Virus record (IMG/VR): IMGVR_UViG_3300009161_000056
Span: 1-54,676 of that record
Source: a virus
Taxonomy: Duplodnaviria > Caudoviricetes
DNA: 54,676 bases
Direction: 5' to 3' (one strand)
How positions within the stretch are numbered: position 1 is the first letter of the stretch; each line of letters opens with the position of its first letter. Below are positions 17,430 through 24,222 of this stretch, in pieces. Made by a program: the position numbers and the translations under genes. The notes under the pieces were generated by a model that saw nothing but the letters and a program-made list of their open reading frames with translations, was not told the origin of the DNA and made no database searches.

Positions 17430-17443
17430 GGGGCTTCGGCCCC
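17430..17443 (+). other. cUUCGg hairpin without U-tract
   Basis: GGGGC-TTCG-GCCCC. Confidence 0.7.
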
Positions 17444-17446
17444 CAC

Positions 17447-17561
17447 TAGGGAAACTACCTAGAAAATATTTTGTCAACCTTATTGCAGGCCCGCACGTTT
17501 AAGTTACAATTACACCAACGACAGCAATCCCGCAGTCGTCTAACAGCGAAGGAATAGAGAA
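17447..17561 (+). promoter_or_regulatory. Early promoter cassette 5
   Basis: TAGGGAAACTACCTAG, TTGCAG(17483)-16-TACAAT, ACGAC/GTCGT leader hairpin. Confidence 0.75.
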
Positions 17562-17786
17562 ATGAACATCGAAGCATCAGCAAAACCAACAAAGTTCCCC
17601 AACATTGTCCGCCATGCGCCCGAAGGTTTTTACACCCGCAAGCCATCATGGACAGGCACTGGCAACAGCGGCAAAACATTTTTGATCCACAACAACGGTT
17701 GCTGGTATTACTCTTACGTCAACTTCAAAAAAACCTCACTCGGTTACAAGTTGGACGAAGTGTCCGAGTCATTGAAACAACTGTAA
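17562..17786 (+). CDS. Early hypothetical protein (74 aa)
   Basis: Follows cassette 5. Confidence 0.75.
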   Translation: MNIEASAKPTKFPNIVRHAPEGFYTRKPSWTGTGNSGKTFLIHNNGCWYYSYVNFKKTSLGYKLDEVSESLKQL

Positions 17787-17821
17787 AACCAAATCAATAA
17801 CCAACTGAAAGCGAGTCGCTT

Positions 17822-18016
17822 ATGAAAGAAGAAATTGAAACAAGTATCCGCACCGAACATGGTGTGCGCGTGTCGGTCTCCGAGTGGGACGACGATGGTG
17901 CGTGGTTGCACTTGCAAGGCCGCAACTCAAACATGAGTACAGTGTTGACTCGTGCCGAGGCCCAGCAGTTGTTGGCTGGCCTGCAAGCCATCTTGGCAAA
18001 AGAGGTGACAGTATGA
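17822..18016 (+). CDS. Hypothetical protein (64 aa)
   Basis: Preceded by AAGCGAGTCGCTT palindrome; ATGA overlap with next gene. Confidence 0.65.
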   Translation: MKEEIETSIRTEHGVRVSVSEWDDDGAWLHLQGRNSNMSTVLTRAEAQQLLAGLQAILAKEVTV

Positions 18017-18225
18017 ACAACATGAGCAACCTGTTTGACGAAGTAGAGGCCGAACTGATGAAGCAGTTCAAAGCCATCACCCCAGAGCAGTTGGCGGAGG
18101 ACGAGCGCCGTCGGCAAGTTAAGCGTGAGTACGAGGCACTGCACACCCCCATCGAGACCGACGAAGACCGAGCCAACACCGACGAGTATCCAGAGGAGGT
18201 TGATGATGAACAAGCAGGAGATTGA
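18013..18225 (+). CDS. Acidic hypothetical protein (70 aa)
   Basis: GAGGTG RBS; ATG at 18013. Confidence 0.6.
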   Translation: MNNMSNLFDEVEAELMKQFKAITPEQLAEDERRRQVKREYEALHTPIETDEDRANTDEYPEEVDDEQAGD

Positions 18226-18424
18226 CGACATGATGAAAAACCTTCCAAGCCAGCAGGTGCAAGAAGAGACCTTGATTCAGAAGATCACAATTGGTATAAT
18301 GTTCATACTGGTTTTGGTTTTGATGATGTGGGCACCAGACTTCATATTGAGTGAAGAGGAGTGCCTGCAACAAAGCCCTCGCGCAATCACAATTGGCTTG
18401 TGTAGCGAACCGAAAGCGAAATAA
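18206..18424 (+). CDS. Small membrane protein (72 aa)
   Basis: GAGGAGG RBS; TM segment ITIGIMFILVLVLMMWA; two C-terminal Cys. Confidence 0.6.
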   Translation: MNKQEIDDMMKNLPSQQVQEETLIQKITIGIMFILVLVLMMWAPDFILSEEECLQQSPRAITIGLCSEPKAK

Positions 18425-18607
18425 AACCGAGTCGGTTCTTGGCCTCAAAGGCCGAGGCCGACAACATCTTCTGGCCTTAGAGGTCGCTGATGTAGGTGAG
18501 ACAAGGCAACTCCTTGATTGGTATTCCTATGCCTAAAGCAAGGACTGGCGAACCATAAGCGAATCGATTACACTGCGATCAATTCGACATTATGGGGAAT
18601 ATGGGTT

Positions 18608-19210
18608 ATGCCAGAAACACCGAAGGGGCCAAAGAGGCCCGCAAAGAACGTAAGAGCGGCACAAGAGGCCGCAAAAGCAATTGGGAAGGCCAAGGTAGCC
18701 GCAAAGGCCACAAAGGCTCCTACGCCCGCTAAAACTGGCAGACCAACAAAGTACAACCAAGACACTGCTAACCTCATATGCATGATGCTAAGTGAGGGAA
18801 TGAGCTTGAGACAAATACTGAAGGCTGACACAGTAGGGAAACTCCCAGCGCAGTCTACGGTTTATGAGTGGTTGATACGCCACCCTCTCTTTCAAGAGCA
18901 ATACGCGCGCGCTCGTGAAGAGCAGGCTGACACCAACGCTGATGAAATCTTGGAGATTGCGGACGAGCATCCTCCTGAGTACACAGACGAGAAGGGCCGC
19001 ACGAGTCTGGACGTTACCTACATCCAGTGGCAGAAGAACCGCATCGAGGCCCGTAAGTGGACAGCCGCCAAGCTACGGCCCAAGAAGTATGGCGACCGTG
19101 TGGCGGTGGAGGGCGTGGAAGGTGGTGCCGCCATCAAGACTGAGGACGCTACTGCTGACAAGTTCCTTGAGATCATTCGCAACATGGAGATGAAGAAACG
19201 TGCTGGCTGA
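18608..19210 (+). CDS. terS: Terminase small subunit
   Basis: GRPTKY...ICMMLSEGMSLRQI...TVYEWL...YARARE...EILEIAD...RKWTAAKLRPKKYGD (Sf6-like); precedes TerL. Confidence 0.9.
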   Translation: MPETPKGPKRPAKNVRAAQEAAKAIGKAKVAAKATKAPTPAKTGRPTKYNQDTANLICMMLSEGMSLRQILKADTVGKLPAQSTVYEWLIRHPLFQEQYARAREEQADTNADEILEIADEHPPEYTDEKGRTSLDVTYIQWQKNRIEARKWTAAKLRPKKYGDRVAVEGVEGGAAIKTEDATADKFLEIIRNMEMKKRAG

Positions 19211-20639
19211 GATGCTGGAAGACCCAGAGGTACAGGCGGAGTTCAACTCCTACCCTCTGCATGACCGCATTGCCAAGATTGCTCACGCCGCTTGGATAGA
19301 GCAGGCGCACCCTTACCAGATACCGCCAGACCTTGAGATTGATTACACGGTGTTTTTAATGTTGGCAGGCCGAGGTGCAGGCAAGACTCGGTCAGCGGCT
19401 GAAGCACTATGGTGGTGGGCATGGACGCACCCAGACACAATGAGCATTGTTCTGGCACCTACGAGCGGTGACTTGAAGTTCACCTGCTATGAAGGGCCGA
19501 GCGGCTTGCTCGCCTGCATCCCCAAAGAACTGGTGGTGGACTACAACAAGCAGGATCACTTGATCAAGCTGTCCAACGGCTCCAAGATCAGGGGTGTGTC
19601 AGCAGACTCGTATGACCGCCTGCGTGGTATCAACTCCAGCTTCTGTTGGTGTGATGAGTTGGCGGCATTTAATTATCTTGGCCCGAACGAGGCATGGGAC
19701 AACATGATGTTAGGGTTGAGGATTAAACCAGACGACAAGCCCTACAGCCACCCTCGTGTGATCGTGACCACAACCCCGCGCCCAAAGGACTTGATCCTTG
19801 ACCTAGTGGGTCGTGAGGGTGACGATGTGGTGGTCTCCCGCGCCAGCACATACGACAACGCCAAGAACCTCGACAAAGCCTTCCAGAAGCAGTTGGAGTC
19901 GTACAAGGGCAGTAAGCTGTACGAGCAGGAGGTGTTAGGTCAGATCGTTGACCTCGAAGATGGCAAGGTAGTCAACCGCGATATGTTCAAGCTGTGGCCT
20001 CACAGCAAGCCCTTTCCCAAGTTCGAGTACATCATCCAGTCCTATGATTGCGCCTTCAGCGACAAGGAGTACAACGACCCTACCGCCATGACCACATGGG
20101 GAATCTTCAAGCCCCTTGATGGCCCGATGTCCGTCCTGCTGATCGACTGCTGGGCAGAACACCTCACCTTCCCTCTGCTCAAGCCCAAAGTGATCGAGGA
20201 GTGGCGCGTGTCGTATGGTGAGGGCAAGCAGGCCAAGAGGCCAGACCTGATTCTCGTGGAGGACAAGGCCGCAGGCATATCGCTGATCCAAGAACTGCGG
20301 CAGATGCACTTGCCTGTGCGTGGGTATAACCCGGGCCGTGCGGACAAGATGCAACGCCTCCAGATCACCGCCAGCATCTTTACGACTGGCAGGGTGTGGT
20401 TGCCTGAGTCGTCCGTCCGCAAGGGCTATGTCAAGGACTGGTGCGAGGGCTTCCTGTCCCAGTTGTGTTCCTTCCCTGACTCAACGCATGACGACTATGT
20501 GGACAGCGCGACACAAGCGATTCGGTTATTGAAAGATATGGGGTGGCTCGACATCAATCCCGAACCAAGAGATAATGACGACGAAGACGACTATCTGGAA
20601 TACACGCAACCGAAACGTGTCAACCCCTACTCGATATAA
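19200..20639 (+). CDS. terL: Terminase large subunit
   Basis: Walker A GRGAGKT, Walker B WCDE, VTTTP, nuclease motifs SYDCA and HDDYVDS. Confidence 0.95.
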   Translation: MLAEMLEDPEVQAEFNSYPLHDRIAKIAHAAWIEQAHPYQIPPDLEIDYTVFLMLAGRGAGKTRSAAEALWWWAWTHPDTMSIVLAPTSGDLKFTCYEGPSGLLACIPKELVVDYNKQDHLIKLSNGSKIRGVSADSYDRLRGINSSFCWCDELAAFNYLGPNEAWDNMMLGLRIKPDDKPYSHPRVIVTTTPRPKDLILDLVGREGDDVVVSRASTYDNAKNLDKAFQKQLESYKGSKLYEQEVLGQIVDLEDGKVVNRDMFKLWPHSKPFPKFEYIIQSYDCAFSDKEYNDPTAMTTWGIFKPLDGPMSVLLIDCWAEHLTFPLLKPKVIEEWRVSYGEGKQAKRPDLILVEDKAAGISLIQELRQMHLPVRGYNPGRADKMQRLQITASIFTTGRVWLPESSVRKGYVKDWCEGFLSQLCSFPDSTHDDYVDSATQAIRLLKDMGWLDINPEPRDNDDEDDYLEYTQPKRVNPYSI

Positions 20640-20641
20640 CT

Positions 20642-23600
20642 ATGGCTGACTTCCGCAAAATTGGCAAAGGCATAACTGGCGCTTTATCTAAGGCCAAGGA
20701 GATCGCCGCCGCCGAGCGTGAAGCTAACCTCCAGAGAATGCTAGACCCAAGCGCAGTGAAGATGCGCCTGTACCACGGCACGACCGCGACCGAGGGTGGC
20801 AAGGGCCAAGAGGCCATACGCCGCATTAAGCCTAGCAAGGAGGGCGCGTTAGGCTCTGGTGTATACATGACCCCTAACACCGCACACGCGAGCAGTTATA
20901 CGGGCATCCCTAATGACGACGCGATTGAGGCCATGCGCGGCAGTGAGTATTACTCCAAGATGGCTGACCAGTTTATGGCTGACCGTGCGGCAGGCACGTT
21001 GCGTGAAGGGCAGGCAGGCGGCAATATGTTGCCAGTCTATGCCCAGATCAAGAACCCTCTGATCATTGGCAAGTCAGGCAGGCAGATTGATCCAGCCGCA
21101 GAAGCCCTGATCAACCTTGGCATGGACGAGGCGAGCGCCATCAAGCTAGTGGAGAAGGCGTTCGAGGAGAAGGGCAACATTGGCAAGCAGATTCAGAGCA
21201 GGGCGCAGGCTCAAGGCTATGACGGCATCATGCAGTATCGAGGCGACGACCTGAGTGAGGTGGTGTCTTACAACCCTAACGCAGTCAAGAGCGCCATCGG
21301 CAACCAAGGCACTTACGACATTTACAGTCCAGACTTGAGCAAAGCCAATGGTGGCGCAATCCACATGGAAGAGGGTGGAAGTTTTGTATTGGGTAAGCCA
21401 AAAAGTTTTACGGAAAGGCTTAGTGAAGCAGTTCCAAAGGCAATAAGAATACCCAAAGACCCATTAGCCATTATTCTTAATCACGGTTATGGCGCTTACA
21501 AAAATTACACAGGTAAAGACCCGCTAGGTGATTTCCAAAAAGAACTTGATCGCAAGATAAACCCTGAGACTGATACAGGTTCTGCGCCTGTCCAGCAGTT
21601 TGAAAAGTTGGCTGATGGTGGCAAGATTGTGAAGGGCGTGACTGGCGCATTGAACAAAGCCAAGTATTTGGCAAGCGAGGCCAAGCGATTGAAGATGGGC
21701 GAGGTACTGCCAAAGGAAGAGGCCGATGAAAACCTTCGCAAGATGCTTGACTCAAGCAAGATCAAAGAGAAGCTGTATCACGCAACGCCGAGCGACATCA
21801 AGTTCTTCAAGCCGGGTGGCCTCGATCCACGAGTCAGTGGCGAAGCAATTTGGCTATCCAACGATCCAACCAGAACACCCGCCGCCCACAACATCGGCTC
21901 CTACGACAACCCACGCCAAGGCGTAAACGTCATGCCCGTCCATGTGCAAGCCAAGAACCCAATGGTGCTTGACGACGAGACCATGCTCAAGTGGGCGCAA
22001 GAGGTGTATGGCGAAGGCAGTCGCGAGTTCCCCATGTTGATGCCTAAGAAGTGGCGCGAAGAGGTGATGAAGGATTACGATAGCATCGTGCTGGCTGATC
22101 CATACAAGCGCGGCGACTCACATGAGATCATTATGTTTGAGCCAGAGAAGATCAAATCAGCAATAGGTAACCGTGGGACGTACAACACAGACACGGCAGA
22201 CATAACCAAATCGAAAGGCGGGGTGCTTCATATGGCAGACGCAGGAAAAGTAACCAAGGGAATAGTTGGTGCATTAACCAAAGCCAAAGAGATGGCAAAG
22301 GCCCGCAAGGCCACCGCAGAAGGTTCTAAGATTGAAGAGGTGCTGGCAAGCCAAACTCCTCCGATGACTACACCAAGCGGCACAGGTTTGCCACTCATGC
22401 CTCGCGACAATGGGATGTACACCCTGCGTGAGCAAAAAGACCTGCCCCGTATGCCAATGGTGGACAAGGCCCGCGCCGAGGGTAAGTCACCCAAGTACAA
22501 CGAGCGTATGCAAGACTTGCTTGACAGCCCCAAGGCCAGACAGAAGGTGGACAAGTTGATCAACAAGGGCAAAGAGTTGAACGTGCAGGAGTGGTATGGC
22601 ACTGAACCTCTACGTCAGGTCGCGTTAGACGCAGGCCGCACCCCAGAACAGTTTGAGTCACTGATGGCCCAGTTGGCAAGCGCCAGCCAGCGCAACCCAG
22701 TGGACAAGCAAAACCAGATGGGATCGTACCTGTACCACCTGAGTGAGTCGGGCCAACTGCCAGAGAACTCGCTCCTCTTGACCAACAAGCTCAAGAAGGC
22801 GCTCAAAGAAGACCCCTCACTTGCTGAAGGTCGCACACTCGTCGAGTTGCCCACAGGCTACGGATCGCTGGCGCAGGGTGACATCTTCAACCGCGCTGTG
22901 ATGATTGGTCAGGGCAAGATCGGTGAAGCCCTGCCCCCAAACAAGAAGCTCGGCACGTTCTACGAGAACTTGCTTGGCAACCTAAAGCCCGTGACGGTGG
23001 ATGTAAACGCACTGCGTGGCCCGATCATTGAGCAGGGTGACCCGCGCTGGTTGACCAGCAAGCTCGTGGAGAAGGACGACAAGGGCAAGATCATCAACAG
23101 CTACAAGCCTCGTGAGATGTACAACTCAGGGGAGATGTCGATGAGAGAAGCGCAACAGCGCCCCGGGTTCTGGGAGGCCGCGCCCTCTGGCTCCGAATAC
23201 GCAGGCTTCGAGGAGTTGTGGCAACGTGGTGCCAAGCGCCACAACGTCGAGCCAGCAGAGGCGCAGGCTTTGGGTTGGTACGGCTCCGCTGATGTGACGG
23301 CGCTGAAGACTAAGCCAGAGAACTATGTGGACAACCTAGAGCGCCTGATCAAACGCACCGCCGAGCAGACTGGCAAGTCCGCCACTGAGGTGATGAACGA
23401 CATGGTCACAGGCAATGGGTTCCTTCGCAAAGACGGTGGCAAAGTCGAGGAACCGCACTGGCACAACGTCTTCAACCGCAAGATGAAGGAAGGTGGCTAC
23501 GCTTGGGTTGACAGCAAGCACATCCCCAAGGTTCGCTCGCTCAAGAATATGGCAAAGGGCGGCTCATCAGATGATCCTCCCTTTAGTGAATACATTAAAG

Positions 23601-24220
23601 ATGTACCACAGGTCATAAAAGAAGCAACTCAAGAAGAAGCCGAGTCATACAAAAAACCTCGCGCTATTTCCGATGTGATCTACCGTGGTTTGGTTGCCAA
23701 CAACCCTGTTAGCGCAGGCGTTGACATGGTAAACATGGGCCTAATGGGCGTAGATGCGGTGTCTGGCCTTATGGGAAAACCGACTCGGTTAGCGAGTGAA
23801 AAGCCATTCGCTGGTTCCGAACACGTTAAAGACCTGATGAAGAAGTACGGCGTGACCACTGAAGAGGAGCGTCCAATCTCTGAGACTCTGCTTGGCATTA
23901 CATCGCCCACGGCAATTCTCAAGGGCGCAAAAGAAATACCAAAATTACTTGGCAAAGCAGGCGACGCTATCAAGGGTGGCTTGCCAAAGAACCTGCCTGT
24001 GGGCATGAGCATCGAGATTGTTGGCGACTTGACTCCCAAAGAGCAGGCGCTTGCCAAAATGCGCGAGATGCGCCCAGACTTAAAAGCCACTTCTGATTTA
24101 CAAAAGAAGTACGATGCTGAGATGGATAGCAAGTACACCCGTGATATGCCTACGTTCGAGCAGTGGAAAGCCAAGCAGAACGCTAAGAAGGCTCACGGCG
24201 GTTTAACCTTGATGAGATAA
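20642..24220 (+). CDS. Polyvalent protein: two ADP-ribosyltransferase-like (ART-PolyVal-type) domains, a putative HhH/glycosylase-like domain and further modules
   Basis: Two YH[GA]T...PV[YH]...KNP...YD[GS]I...E...[VI]KSAIGNxGTY units (~20762-21340, ~21765-22200); third domain ~22590-23420. Confidence 0.75.
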   Translation: MADFRKIGKGITGALSKAKEIAAAEREANLQRMLDPSAVKMRLYHGTTATEGGKGQEAIRRIKPSKEGALGSGVYMTPNTAHASSYTGIPNDDAIEAMRGSEYYSKMADQFMADRAAGTLREGQAGGNMLPVYAQIKNPLIIGKSGRQIDPAAEALINLGMDEASAIKLVEKAFEEKGNIGKQIQSRAQAQGYDGIMQYRGDDLSEVVSYNPNAVKSAIGNQGTYDIYSPDLSKANGGAIHMEEGGSFVLGKPKSFTERLSEAVPKAIRIPKDPLAIILNHGYGAYKNYTGKDPLGDFQKELDRKINPETDTGSAPVQQFEKLADGGKIVKGVTGALNKAKYLASEAKRLKMGEVLPKEEADENLRKMLDSSKIKEKLYHATPSDIKFFKPGGLDPRVSGEAIWLSNDPTRTPAAHNIGSYDNPRQGVNVMPVHVQAKNPMVLDDETMLKWAQEVYGEGSREFPMLMPKKWREEVMKDYDSIVLADPYKRGDSHEIIMFEPEKIKSAIGNRGTYNTDTADITKSKGGVLHMADAGKVTKGIVGALTKAKEMAKARKATAEGSKIEEVLASQTPPMTTPSGTGLPLMPRDNGMYTLREQKDLPRMPMVDKARAEGKSPKYNERMQDLLDSPKARQKVDKLINKGKELNVQEWYGTEPLRQVALDAGRTPEQFESLMAQLASASQRNPVDKQNQMGSYLYHLSESGQLPENSLLLTNKLKKALKEDPSLAEGRTLVELPTGYGSLAQGDIFNRAVMIGQGKIGEALPPNKKLGTFYENLLGNLKPVTVDVNALRGPIIEQGDPRWLTSKLVEKDDKGKIINSYKPREMYNSGEMSMREAQQRPGFWEAAPSGSEYAGFEELWQRGAKRHNVEPAEAQALGWYGSADVTALKTKPENYVDNLERLIKRTAEQTGKSATEVMNDMVTGNGFLRKDGGKVEEPHWHNVFNRKMKEGGYAWVDSKHIPKVRSLKNMAKGGSSDDPPFSEYIKDVPQVIKEATQEEAESYKKPRAISDVIYRGLVANNPVSAGVDMVNMGLMGVDAVSGLMGKPTRLASEKPFAGSEHVKDLMKKYGVTTEEERPISETLLGITSPTAILKGAKEIPKLLGKAGDAIKGGLPKNLPVGMSIEIVGDLTPKEQALAKMREMRPDLKATSDLQKKYDAEMDSKYTRDMPTFEQWKAKQNAKKAHGGLTLMR

Positions 24221-24222
24221 CT

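Noticed and set aside
13433-17561. Repeats as a CRISPR array or integron attC sites
   Set aside because: Repeats are degenerate, hundreds of bases apart and contain promoter boxes; no integrase is present.
18486-18502. CTGATG as a hammerhead ribozyme core
   Set aside because: Lacks CUGANGA followed by GAAA in the required stem arrangement.
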